This document shows, piece after piece, positions 12,463-27,439 of a stretch of 64,000 bases of DNA. Each line of letters opens with the position of its first letter. Position 1 is the stretch's first letter. The notes under the pieces are model-generated. The model did not search any database, was not told where the DNA came from, and saw only the letters and a list, made by a program, of their open reading frames with translations. Source of the DNA: the human T2T-CHM13v2.0 reference genome, Homo sapiens; assembly GCF_009914755.1 (NCBI RefSeq), contig NC_060936.1. One strand, given 5' to 3'. The position numbers and the translations under genes are program-made.

Positions 12463-14084
12463 ACTTTTTCATCTGTAAAATGGGAGTGACAAGAAGCTAC
12501 CCCTCAGGGTTGTATTGAGACATCATTCAAATGAAAGTATGGTAAAGGGCTATCTGCAAAGACTTGTTTGCAGAGCTGTTTTGTATTCTATTTTTACCTT
12601 CCATTTCTACTTCATTAAAAATTAACTATTGATAGGAATCACTAGGAGGGAGGACCTTTGAGCATGTTCATCGTTTGTTGCTGCGGACACCTACAGAATC
12701 CAACCCAAGGAATTTCCCATATTAGAGGCATCATGGGATCCAAATCACCTTTGACATCATGGAAGCTGCCTCCATAATGCCATTTGGTTTATATTTAATT
12801 TTAAAATTAGAGTGCTGTCACTGAGTTTATGGGAAAAGAACAACACTGAACTAAAAGCCAGAAGATCTGTAATCTTATCCTAGCCCAGTCAGTCATTATC
12901 TCATTGGCAGACAAATCATTTAGCTACTTTGGGTTTCCATTCTTTAATCCAAAAGTGGAGTCCTATTTCTTTTAGTGAAGCTTCATGGTTGCTGGGGGGA
13001 ATAAAATGAGATTACATGTGCAAGGGTTTTTGAAGCAGAAAAAAAAGCACTATGTAAATTAATATAAGGTTGGAAATATTCCTTGCTGTTCAGCCAAGAT
13101 TAAAACCATGTATTCACTTATTCCTGTGACAAGTCTTTCAATATCTACAATGTAAACATCATACTAGACATTAGAAGGGCACAATTCCAATTGCAATTTA
13201 CTGCGTGGTAAAGAGAAGGGGGGATAGGTACATAAAAACTATGAAATTAGGCAGACTGGTACAATGTCTTCTGAAGGTGTGAGGCACAAGGTATGGAGAG
13301 GGAGAAATCAAGGAAGGCCCAAATGGTCTTAGGGCTGAATCTGAAAGGTGAATAAGATTTCTATACTTGGAGGTGAGAGAAGCAGAAGAGAAAGGACTTG
13401 AATTAAGGAAGAAATTGCATGGCCAGACCATGGATATAGCAAGGGTAATTTCCCTGGCCTGGAATCACTGGTGAAACAGCTAGTCATAGAAGGGGAGGAT
13501 GGTTAGAAAATTGATGATGTGAATAATTTCTTTTTCTAGTCCAGAGATTTTGAGCAGTGTTTTGAAATGTACTTATCCCTTCTGCTCTTTTCAGTGGACA
13601 GATATGTGCTACTGAAGAGCTAATCAGCTACACCTTTTTGGCTTTGAGGTCCTTATGTGCCATACCTAGGCCATGATGCCCCTAAAAGGAATCTTCATGG
13701 GTGATTTTGTCCCCCAGAAATGGTGTTTACTGTTATTAGATGTCAGCATTTATAAACAGTATTAGTGCAAATGGGCTCAAAAGAAATGATTATGAGAGAT
13801 TTTCTGTTATGAAGGTAAAGAAGGAGAAGCACATCAAAAGGATAGATCCCTTAATATTCTGGGAAGGATTTATTTGCTCATTTCTTTCCCCATCTATTGC
13901 CTTAAAAATGAGAACTTAATGGGGGAAAAGAGAAAGTATAAATATGTCCATTTGGCTGGTTATAACAAGAGGGAGATAATAAGGAGTGCCAGGAATCTCA
14001 GTGAGCCTAGTCATCTAGGCGAAGTGGCTGTAACTTGGACACAGATGATTATTGCCACTCAGAAATGCAGGCTTAGTTACCAGA

Positions 14085-14560
14085 TGTGGGAGCGTGCTTA
14101 CAAAAATGGCTGCAATTGCTTATACCTCCCAATATCCACTCCCTTTTGCAATGAGACTTTGTAGCTCCTCTCATCAAGGGGTGAAATCTGCTTCTCCATC
14201 TTTTAAACCCAGACTGGCCTTGTGAATTACTTTGAAAATATAATGAAGTGGAAGTGACAAGATTCACTGTGTGAAGTTCATGTATGCTTCCTCTGACTCT
14301 CTTGGCACCCTGACCAACTGCCATCTGAACAAGCCCAGGCCAGCCCTACTGAAGGATGAAAGACCATATGGACCAGAGTTGAATGAGCTCAGTTTTAGTC
14401 TAGAGATGGGACGGTGCCCAGCCAAGATCATCAAAGCCACCTACCCAACCTGCAGCTGACATAGAAGGAAGCCCAGCCAAGGCTGGAAAAACCACCCAGC
14501 TAAGCCCAGCCCAAATTGCCAATCAGAAGAATTTTAAGCTAAATAAATTGTTCAAGCCAA
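14085..14560 (+). mobile_element. MaLR LTR (MLT1G/H-like)
   Basis: aaaatggctgcaa...ctcctctcatcaaggggtgaaatct...ggccttgtga...ggaagtgac; aataaa near the end. Confidence 0.7.
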
Positions 14561-15379
14561 ACGAAACATGTCAGCAAACTGAACCCAGCGTTCAGGCTAC
14601 CCATTTGTATCTGTGGTCTACCCTTGCATATTCTCCCTAAACTGTCTATAGATGTGGTTAGAATCTAGTTAGACTAACAGTTTGCCATTCTTTCTTTCTC
14701 TTGGGAAATGATCACTTTCTAGCTATTTCATAATCACCCCTCTTATTCTTCTACTTCCGTTGCACTGGGCTTTCTCTCTTTGTTTCCTAATCTGAGACCA
14801 TCTCCAGTTATTGAATCCCTAATTCCCACTCTAATGCAGGACTTGTCCTCCAAATCCAGCTCCCTGCGGTTCCTCTTCCCATCCGCCTCTGAGGCTGAGC
14901 ATTTAGGCGCCATAGATATCATCATCTTATAAATTACAACTGAGATGAAAAGTACGTGGATGAATAGGGTTATCATCATTGGAATGCTCCTCTTAACAAA
15001 CCCAGGAATCTTTTTGCATGGTGATAGGGCACCAGTAAAATGTGCATCAGTTATGAAATTGTTCTTGATAACCACTTTAGATAAAATGGCTGTTGTCATT
15101 CAGACAATTCAGACAATTTAGACATTTCATACTGTATCTTCCTGTATCTTTTCTTCCTTATGCTTTCTCTCCTGTTCTCTTGGCTATCAAGCCCTTATTA
15201 GGTGTGTATGAGTTGCATAGACTCGTGTCCCTTTTCCTAGTTTAACATTACATCGTTTTTATGTGTTCTGCTAAAAAAAAAAAAAAAAAAAAAAAAAACC
15301 CTTTTTCCGTATAGTCTTTGTTTGGTTTTGTAAAAAATATCCCAGCATCTCTGACAGAATAGTTTCTAAGTAAAGCTGA

Positions 15380-15389
15380 TGTGTGTGTT

Positions 15390-15423
<34 letters not shown>
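15380..15423 (+). repeat. (TG)n microsatellite
   Basis: Visible TG run. Confidence 0.95.
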
Positions 15424-15427
<4 letters not shown>

Positions 15428-15740
15428 TACAGAATAAAATAAAGTCTCAGTTTTAGATGTCCCCTTATTGGCTTTCTGGGCAGTGTTTCTGTGGAAAATT
15501 ACATTTTATATTGAATTTGAGAGTGAGTGTACTTGTGTTCCAAAGCTCATGCCACTCTTCAAGTAGTGCCTCCTGCTGATTTGTAGGACATACCATTAAA
15601 TATTTGAATTTCTTTTTAAAGGCACATTACCTCAACATGGCATGACAGTATTCTCTCTTCTTTGGTGACTGACTAAAATAAAATTCAGATTGTAGCTGAA
15701 GAAATATTAAGGTTGTGTTAGCTGATTACTTACATATTGA

Positions 15741-16291
<551 letters not shown>

Positions 16292-16333
16292 TCTTTTCTC
16301 TTTTTTAAGGCTTTCCTTTCAGTTTTGTGAACC

Positions 16334-16364
<31 letters not shown>

Positions 16365-17805
16365 GTTGCCTGCAGTGTGTAAGGCTTTCCACTAGTGCTT
16401 TCCAAGGACGATATCACTGTCATCATCTGTGTTTAACTCACTCATCCTCAGCTAAAAAGCTCCTCTCCTCTCCCAGTAGAGGAAAAGTGCCGTGTTCTTG
16501 GGCTAGGTCAGAAAGGAGAGGTATAAACATTAGATACTAGAAAAGCTCAGATGAATGTTTGCAATGTGATTTTAAAGAGAGCAGCCCTCTCCTTTTAAGT
16601 TAGATCTTAGAGGGAAAAAAATATATCCTGCACTGCATACAGATATAACTGAAAAAGGGCCACAGAAGCAGGTGAATATGCACGGCATGAGGGCTGTGAA
16701 ATGGAGGCCTGCGATTGTGTTGCAGCTTACGTTGTTTAGGGTGAGGGAGACGATGGCAGGCTGACTTTAGTGTGAGCTGGAACATGGATTTTTCTAGATC
16801 TTTTTTCCAAGCCTTTTCCATTAGTGGGATCAGCCCTGTTTCCAACAGTTCTGGGGAAATGGGAGAGTTATTTGGGCTGCGTGCTTTATTGACTAGAGAC
16901 CAAATGGGGCCACAGATGTCATAATTTCCCTATTATCACTTTGCTGAGTGCTTCCTGGCCTCCCTTCATTATCTTGCTCCACATTCGCAGTTGTAAGTGC
17001 CTTCTTTATAGGATCCAAATGGTGTTGACTCCCTTTGGCAGTGCTTGTGCTTGTGGGGATCCAGTGGGAGGACGTACAGGAGCACGGCTTCTCTGGGCTT
17101 CCAAAGTGGTTAACGTGGAACATTCTGCTCACCTCTCTTCCCAGCTTGAGGAAGATTTCCTTCCTCATAATACTAAGGCAACTATCTCAGTCGTTTGCTT
17201 TCCCTAGGCTAGAAGAGAAAGGCATAAACACTGGAAAGTGGAAGGCACCAAGAGGGCTGTGTGTGTCCTACCAGGAAAGGTTATTAGACAACATGTAGCC
17301 CTTGGGTGGGAGGGAAATGCAACCCAGGATGGCTTTCCAGGTGCGTGGGGGTGGCAGGGCCGTGTGGCCCAGCAGAGCAGGTCAGGCAATCGGTTTTGCG
17401 TTTCTACTCTGAGTTTGAGTCATTACTGGCAGGCTTTTCTTCTCTGAGACTTATTAAACAGGGCCTTAGAAAGTTGTTCTTTCATAAAGGAGGCTTTCCC
17501 TGGCACCGGAGGCAGAAAATTCAAAACAGGGATTTCTGACAGAATCCTTGATAACCATGGTACAGATTTCGTTATTTTCTTCATGGCATGTATGGCTAAG
17601 TTCTCTGGAAACTAATGAGGGTGATCCCAGCTTTTTTTTTTCCCTCTGTTCATTGCTGGTAATGTGAGCTGTGTGTATCCGTGAGCAATCTTTTGCTCTA
17701 AATGGTATAATTTCTGCACTCTTACCACAAAGGCCGCATGAAATTCAGGACCTAGAACAGTGCCAGGCTGACAGTCAAGCCTCAAAAATAAATAGCTCCT
17801 GAATG

Positions 17806-18722
17806 TGTAGACGGGGAAAAGAAGTATATTTTCCTCCTCATCACTAGGTTCATGGCTAAGGCTCCTATAACAAAAAACATATTAAGAAGAGAAAAGCACA
17901 TACATTTACTTAGGTTTTACATGACACAGAAGCCTTCAGAGTCACAACCCAAACAAATGTCTTTCTCTTGCTAATCTAAATTTGGAAAGGAAGGGACAAA
18001 GAGAAATCTTTACCTCCCTCTCTTCAGCAAACACTGCAGACAGAGATCCAGGATATCTGACCTTGGTAAGAATTCTTACCTTTCATCGGCTTTTTGTCAG
18101 TTATTTTAGGATTTATCTGCATGCTCCGAAATGAGTGTAGTCTTAGCTGTCTCTTCATGGTTGCCAGAAACTGTAGGGGAGAAAAGATTTTCCTCAACTA
18201 TTTTGGGGTCCATGCTGGGTCTGGAAATAAAACTGACAAAGACAGATGAACAGGAGAAAGACATACATGTATTTAATAAGCTTTATATGACATGGGGGCC
18301 TTCATAAGGAAATGACTCAAAGGAACAGGTAAACTTATGTATTTTTATGCTTAGGTTTGATGAAGAGGTAAACTGTAATGGAGAAATATCCACTGGAGAA
18401 AAAATAAGTATGATTTAATGGTAATAAAATTGGGAGAACTTAGCAAGGCCTGTTTGTTCTGCTGCTTCTTTCTGTTCCCGGTGAGGCAGACATTCCTTTC
18501 CTCTGGGTATAGGGAGGGCATTTCTCCCATGAGGTTTTATGACCTGCTGTGCGTAGAAGACCAGAAATTCTTTTGAGATTTTACAACCTGTTTCAGAAGA
18601 GAAAGGAGAGAGTAAGCCAGAGAGACCTTCCTGCTTCTGCAGTTCTCTCAAATTCCTTCATCTTAAAATACTCAGTATGCCAAGGTGCCGTGTCTTAGCA
18701 TAGCCTGCGTTGAGCCCTGTCA
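17806..18722 (-). mobile_element. Internally deleted MER4-group provirus remnant (5' LTR 18172-18722, PBS, leader, 3' end of a second LTR 17806-~17940)
   Basis: TSD aatg at both ends; PBS-like tggcaaccatgaagagac (minus strand, 18149-18166) 5 nt beyond the LTR end. Confidence 0.8.
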
Positions 18723-20558
18723 AATGGATGAGCGAATAAACCTGACTCCACCATGCGCCAGTTGGATAAGTCCCAAATTCCTCATCCTTCTGAGCGTGGA
18801 TCAGTCTAGCAACTTTGTGAGCATTAAATGAGATCCCGTATTTAGAAGCCCCTAAGGGGCCCTAGCTTGTAGTAGTTAATCATTTAAAGTTGTGTGTGTG
18901 AATGCGTGCTTTTCCTTTGCTTTCTTTTCCTTCCTCCTGGGTTTGTTATAAGCTGCTAAGGGAGTAACGGGTGCAAATGTCCTGAAACGTCTATGCAAAT
19001 ACACCGTGGCTTCATTTTCATTATCTGGTGGGCCCAGGTGGAGAAAGGTAGACCCACAACAGCTACTAATATGACCCATTTGAAAGGCTTCCCATCCTCT
19101 GACAGGCAAATGAGCGAGAGAAACACAATGAAGTCTGCTTAATGGTACTTTTGTCAAGGCAGTGGGACAAAGAGAAGGGAAGCTCAGCATGTTCAGGGAT
19201 TTAGCTGGGGATCCTTAGATACTGTGCTACCTGCATTGCTTATGATTTTTCCTTTTTTAAAAAATATTGATTGGCCACAATGAACACTCAGGACAGAAGA
19301 GGTGTGACCTGCATCCTCTGTAGAAATTCATAGTCTGTGAGTGATAAACCAGCAAGCAAATAGAGAACAAGCAAGTTTGAACAGAGTTGCATTTTTTTAA
19401 AGCTCTTCAGAAGACTATTCGTTTTCATCCACTTTCTGTTGGCATGATCATAGAATATTTAAAGTAGAGAAGTATTTGTATGCATGTGTTTGTATGTGTT
19501 TATGGGGAGTAAACAGGAAAATAAGGAAAACACTTCATTCATTCCAGGGGGGGAAGAAGGAGAAAACCTGATCACAGACTGGACAGGCAAGAAAGAGCAG
19601 AGGGAAGCTGAGAGTGTGCACAGAGACTGAGAAAAATGAAAAAGCTCCAGCTTTTAGGAAAGAAGTCAAGATGAGGACTTATCAAAAGAGAAAGCGACGG
19701 TGGACACATGAACAGCAGGAGAGGAGAGAGAAAGGCATGGTGGATGCACATAGCAGGGGACACGTCATAGCCTCCTGGGGGAGAGCAGGAGTCTGTAACC
19801 AAGAACCGAGAACCGTCCTCTGCACAGGGAGGGAGGTGTGAGTGGGAGACAGGCAGCAGATGCACGCAGCAGGGAGCAGAGGGGCATCACAGATCAGGGG
19901 AAGCAAATAAATTAGGGAAGAAAAAGACCTGTTGGGTCATTCCTGGGCTCCCCACTACTCCTAATGCCTCTGAGTTCTTTTGCCTAGCATGTATTTTTAA
20001 ATGTCTCCTGGATTATCGTACCCACTCTTTTCTCTTCTAAATGTTTTGCCAGAGGATGAGGTTTCTTTCCACAAGATCTAGTTTGCTGAATATACATGCA
20101 GAATACCTAAAAAAAGACCGGGAGGAAAAAAAGACAGAGAGAATCCTGAACCCAGAAACACACACCTGTGTGGTAGCCATTAAGTGAGTGCAGTGTGCCG
20201 GGAGGTGCGTGCTGCCTGAGCCAGGCACTGCTGCTTTCTACTGCAGGCCCTGTCTACAAAGAGAACTATCCCAGATTTCCAAAACGCTATTTAGGGAGCT
20301 AGTTTGGTCTTAATTTTGTAGGTAGGGTGGGGGTAAGAGAGAAGGGATGAGAGAGAAAATAATGTGAGAAGGGGAAGAGATGGTGGAAGAGACAGGAAAA
20401 GCAGGGTGGGAGGTGGAGGATGCCACTTCTTCAAGGGGTTCAGAGTGAAATAGGGGTAGAGGAGAAGCATGAGGGAATATAAAATCTCATCCCATCATTT
20501 GGTGGCTTTTAAAATTTTGAGGCCATGATCTATTGTCAGAAGCATTTCATAGTTAGCA

Positions 20559-20740
20559 CAGTGGTTGATATTTGGCAATGTCTGGAGACATCTGTAGTTG
20601 TGCCAGCTGAAGTTGCGGGGAGATGTTGTGGGCATCTGGTGGAGGCCAGGAATGCTGCTGACAAACAATGATGACAGTACAGCCCCCCACGACAAAGATG
20701 TATGCCTAGAGCCTAATGCGGCTGAGATGGAGAAGCCCTG
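20559..20740. mobile_element. MER20 hAT DNA transposon
   Basis: atttggcaatgtctggagaca...ggcatctggtggaggccaggaatgctgct...gagaagccctg. Confidence 0.8.
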
Positions 20741-20816
20741 AACTCATAAACACATGTATGCACACATAAATAAATCATAGATTTCAGAAATAATAACCCT
20801 TACTCCATGCAATGTC

Positions 20817-21160
<344 letters not shown>

Positions 21161-21449
21161 TGATCACAATTCGTAAATAGATGCCTTGATATACTGTTTG
21201 AAAAATACTGTGGAAAGTGATAGAAGAACAGAAAATCCATGGCTCCTTGAGGAGTGACTTGTGTAGCCATAGGTGCTCAATTATATCCCAAGACCCTATT
21301 TTTTCCTGCTCCACTCCCTGCCTCACTGGTGGGTTCCAGGAATACTAACTTCTCCTTCTGCCTCTGGCTTTAGTTTTCTGTTTAGGATGTGCCTCTTCTG
21401 GCTCTGGGTGTGGCTGGGTCTTTCTCAGCATTTGGATCTTACTTGTAAA

Positions 21450-21600
21450 TTTTATATGTCTCCCCTCCAGAGTGAAGATTCTGGAGAATAAGAATCGTGC
21501 CTCTCTTCTTTTACATTTTATTTCAAGTGCTTAGCACAGTAGTTGGAACACAGCAGTCATTCAACAAATGCTTGCTGGAAGCTTCTGGGTGAATGAGTGA
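21450..21600 (+). mobile_element. L2 3' end fragment
   Basis: agtgcttagcacagtagttggaacacagcagtcattcaacaaatgcttg. Confidence 0.65.
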
Positions 21601-22278
21601 TAAAATACCCATAGGAAGACACTAAGGAGAGAGTAGAGTCGAACTCTGTAATGCAGTATTCCAAGGGGAATTTGGAGATCAGAAGATTTCTGCCTACATA
21701 GAATGTGACCAAAGTGGATCCCAGGGGCATGGTTAATATCTCTCGTTTGCTTTTTCACTATCTCTTTGTGAAGCACACACTTTGAGCACTGCTCTTTTAA
21801 GGAAAATGCTAGCCCATTCTTTTCTACACGTACCTGAAGGGCAATGGCCTTTGCAGACGTTTGCATCCTACATAGTAGTGTCATGATGTGAGCTTAATTC
21901 ATGGCTCCATCTGACCCGTTTCTAATTAGTAAAATGAGAAATCCTTTCTTCCTCCATGATGGATTTAGACAAGACATATTTTAGACATTTGCCGTGACTG
22001 GTGTCTCCTTCTAAGTAGACAATGGCAAATAATCCCTCGAGTAATACAAGGAGGGCACTGTTATGAGTTTTTATTTCTTCATTTTACTTTTATCATTGAA
22101 TTATTGAACTTAAAGTGGAGGAATGGCCTGAATCTTTTGGAAATTTTTCCTTGAAACATTCTTATTTGGAAACTAGGGTGATGCTAAGACATATCTCATA
22201 TAAGAAAGCCTTTAATTAATGTTGAAAAGTGAAAACAGGGAAGTCATTGCAAAGTGTGAGTGTGTGGACTTGGATTGC

Positions 22279-22544
22279 ACTGAACAAGTAATAAACCTAA
22301 GGGCACATAAACAAAACAAAATCCTCTCTTGAGGCACAAGGGCTCTTGAAGTGAACATACAGTTTAGCTTTGCTTTGACCCTTGCCACTCAGCTTGATAA
22401 TTTTCATATTAGCAACTCTTAATACCAATTTAGAAAAGGTAGAAGGTCCTGGATGGAATTCTTAAAATGGAAACTTCGTGTATTCTTTTTCTCCTCTCTC
22501 AATTTTCTCAAAATTATGGGACCATATTTATGTCTTGCTCTCTC
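22279..22544 (+). repeat. Local duplication X, copy 1
   Basis: Colinear with 23528-23796; shares ctttgacccttgccactcagcttgataattttca and aatttagaaaaggtagaaggtcctgga. Confidence 0.95.
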
Positions 22545-22932
22545 CCTAGCTAACCCCAATTTACAGAATGACCTTGCAGATGCCTGGAAAAAAACTAGCA
22601 CACAACATGCACTAGCCCTGTTTGTTGATGTGATTCAGAACACTGCAACCTTTCCTTCTGCTACCTGGGCAGGTCAGGAAACTTTCTAATCTTTATCTTT
22701 TGAGAGGAACATTCCATTTTACAGATTGCATGCTGATCTTTGAAACCAAATAAGGTGAAATGGCTGCACCTCTTTCAAACTAAGAGATGAGTGCCTTGAA
22801 ACCATATGAGAAGCACGGTGAAGGGGAGGACAACAGGCACCATGCAGAAAGTGAGACATGAGGTTTCAGTTTGTAATTAGGGGACCATAGAATAGCACGG
22901 AATGTTTCCGGGCATTTAAGGAAGACGGGGCT

Positions 22933-23194
22933 GCACTTTGGGAGGCTGAGGCGGGTGGATCATGAGGTCAGGAGATCGAGACCATCCTGGTTAACACGGT
23001 GAAACCCTGTCTCTACTAAAAATACAAAAAATTAGCCGGGCGTGGTGGCGGGCGCCTGTAGTCCCAGTTACTCGGGAGGCTGAGGCAGGAGAATGGCGTG
23101 AACCCGGGAGGTGGAGCTGCAGTGAGCCGCAATCGCGCCACTGCACTCCAGCCTGGGTGACAGAGTGAGACTCCGTCTCAAAAAAAAAAAAAAA
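22933..23194 (+). mobile_element. AluY, 5'-truncated
   Basis: Y-type features (gagatcgagaccatcctgg, gaatggcgtgaaccc); TSD aaggaagacRgggctg. Confidence 0.95.
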
Positions 23195-23527
23195 GGAAGA
23201 CAGGGCTGGATTTAAATTCTGCACCTCTGCATGCATGAGTAACTTTGGCCTGTCCCTTAACTTCCCTGAGCACTTGCTTCCTCACATGTAAAATGAAAGC
23301 TATTGCGCCTTCATAGAGCTGTGAGGGTAAAATGAGGTCACCCATGAACATTACTTACACAGCGCCTAGTATACAAGGAACACTCAACAGATACTAGCTT
23401 TTCCATATTCAAAATCTACTTTGTACCCTAGATTACTCTGCTTCCCCAGGTCTTTTAGAGTGAACATTGGCGTTAAATAGGTATTTTGTATTTAATACCT
23501 ATTTAATAAACCTTGTTCAGGTTAATT

Positions 23528-23796
23528 ACTGAATAAGTAATAAACCCAAGGGCACATAAATAAGACAAAATTCCCTCTCAAGGTGAAAGGGCTCGTGAAG
23601 TCAGCACACAGTGTAGTTTTCCTTTGACCCTTGCCACTCAGCTTGATAATTTTCACATTAGCAATTGTTAATACTAATTTAGAAAAGGTAGAAGGTCCTG
23701 GACGGAATTCTTAAAATGGAAACTTTTTATGTTCCTCCCCTTCTCCTCTCTCAATTCTCTCAAAAGTGTGAGACCATATTTATGTCTTCCTCTCTC
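23528..23796 (+). repeat. Local duplication X, copy 2
   Basis: Colinear with 22279-22544. Confidence 0.95.
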
Positions 23797-23824
23797 AGAT
23801 GTGATGCTATAGGGTGTGGTCACA

Positions 23825-24745
23825 AGGACCTGAAATGAGGAAAATTGAAGGAGAATTAGGAGGTGCGGGCAGGCAGTGAGTTTAATTTGGGATGTGTCAA
23901 TACTGAAATGCCTTTGAGTCTTTCAAGAGGAGAGGTAGCGATCAAAACTTCTGGAGAGATATCAGTTTGGAAGTTGTTAACAACTGGTAACAGGTGGTAA
24001 CTAGTTAACAGGTGGTAGTAACTGAGAAGAGTAAAAGTAGCTCCTTGAACCCTAAGGAGCGCCTTTTTTAGTAGGGCCAATCTAAAAACGAGGTGCTCTG
24101 GGAGACTGAGACAAATGATACAGGAGAACCAGGAGAGATTGTGGGCACAGGTAACAAAGGAAGAGAGAATTTCAAGGAGCGCAGAGTCATCAACACTGCC
24201 AGGTACAGCAGAGTAGCCTGGAAAGACAGTAAAAACTATCCCTTAAAATGTTTTACATGTGGAGCTCATTGGTGAACCTGATGGAAGCCTTTCCAATGAC
24301 ACAGCAGCGTCAGAAGCCAGACTGCTGAGGGGAGAAGGGAAGGTGAGGAGGTGGAGGCAGTGAGTACCATTGCTCTTTCAATAAAGAGGGTCACAACTTG
24401 AGAGGGAGGCAGGGTCAAGGGCTGATTTTATATTCTGAAGGCAGAGGCTTGAACATGTTCAAAGCCTGCTGGGAAGAGAACCGAGAGAGAGGAAGAGGTT
24501 GAAGACATTAGAAAAGGAGAGTAATTTGGGGAGAAATGGAAGGAAAAGGGAAAGAATCGGATTAGGAGAAAGAGAGGAGGAAGGGTTGGCCTTAAACAAG
24601 AGGAGGATGCCTCACCCTGTGGGATTGGAGGAAAGGTGGTAAGGGTGGGTGTGCAGGTGGAGAGATTTGAGATGAAAAGGGGTGGTGAGGCAATGGACGC
24701 ATCACTAATCATTCATTTTATCTTTACTCATCAAGTGTGGTGAAA
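23825..24745 (-). mobile_element. L2 segment B (internal part)
   Basis: tgagtttaatttgggatgtgtc...aatgcctttgag...caagaggagag; purine-rich antisense L2 pattern. Confidence 0.7.
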
Positions 24746-25026
24746 TTGTAGAATAGTCATTGAAAGCTTTTTAACGATTTTTAAGGTTTTTGAGGTTTTT
24801 AAGGTGTTGTCTTAGCTCTAGGTCCCTTGCTCATATTGTATTTGTCCTGCAGGTTCTTGGAGGCCTCCACAATGGTTGCATCCTATTGAGGTTACGGCTC
24901 ATACCTCTAACCTATGGCTTCTGCATCCTTTACCTGTTTTCTGTTTGTTTGTTTTATTTTGTTTTGTTTTTGTAGCCATCTGTAAGCATTTAGGGACGTA
25001 AGCTCCACTGCTTTTTCAAGAACAAC

Positions 25027-26158
<1,132 letters not shown>

Positions 26159-26211
26159 CTACTGAGTTCAACTGATCTTGAACTAGATAGTATCTTGAGA
26201 TGACACTGTCT

Positions 26212-26502
26212 CAAAATTCCCTCCAGCATTGCCAGATGAGAAAGTTGGTTTCTACTTAGGCTTCATGTTATATTAAGAAATACATGGTCTTTAAACACTA
26301 GACTCATACTTAGCCTAGGAAGATGCTGACACTAGAAGGGGCCCTTGGGGAAACTGAAAACCAAAGAGCAGCAGGTCTGGGTGTGCCACATCACACTGAG
26401 GTAGATGCTGGCGGACTGGAATGGAGGGCAGAAGCACCTGCACTATGCAGATTGCTGATTTCCCTCTTTGTAACTTGTTTTGCATAGCTGATATGGTTGA
26501 CT
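26212..26502 (+). repeat. Local duplication Y, copy 1
   Basis: Colinear with 27960-28247; shares gtctttaaacactagactcatacttagcctaggaagatgctga. Confidence 0.95.
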
Positions 26503-27042
26503 ATATAGAGTCATAATGTGGTATTCTTGACTTATAAATCTATTGCTGATGAATTTATTTCTGGGTTCAATTGCATTTACCATCTGAATTATTGTATCTT
26601 TAATAAAGAAATAGTCATCTCTGTATCTTCCAGTATGTTCTCTCATACTGGAAAGTAAGGCTTCAGGAAAGTACCCATTTGAATTGGGCAAAACTGGCTC
26701 GTTTCACCCAGACTTAGACAATTCAAGATCACAAGACCATGCCAACTCTTTGTGATCTTAAATTGTTTCCTTTCGTGTGACCTTAAGCAAGTCATTTAGA
26801 CACTCCAGCCTTAGTGTCTTTATCTGTAAAGATAAAAATTCCTGGATAGAAATTTCAGGCCTCTACTGAAATTTAATTGAGGTCTTATAATAAAGTTGCA
26901 TCTTATAAGGAGGTCATATTCCAAAATCAATACTTGGAATTGCTTATGAAGTATTCATCTGATCAAGCAATAGATTTAATCTCTTGATTACAGGAAAGTC
27001 AGTGGGCAATGCAACAAATTCGTATTAAGAAACACTCAGATT

Positions 27043-27436
<394 letters not shown>

Positions 27437-27439
27437 ATC

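Noticed and set aside
11967-12518. 183-aa ORF (and the opposite 139-aa ORF)
   Set aside because: Almost entirely within a solo LTR and MIR; the 183-aa ORF has a non-ATG start; no protein motifs.
19540-19920. Purine-rich stretch with overlapping ORFs
   Set aside because: Low-complexity strand bias; no coding or clear repeat signature.
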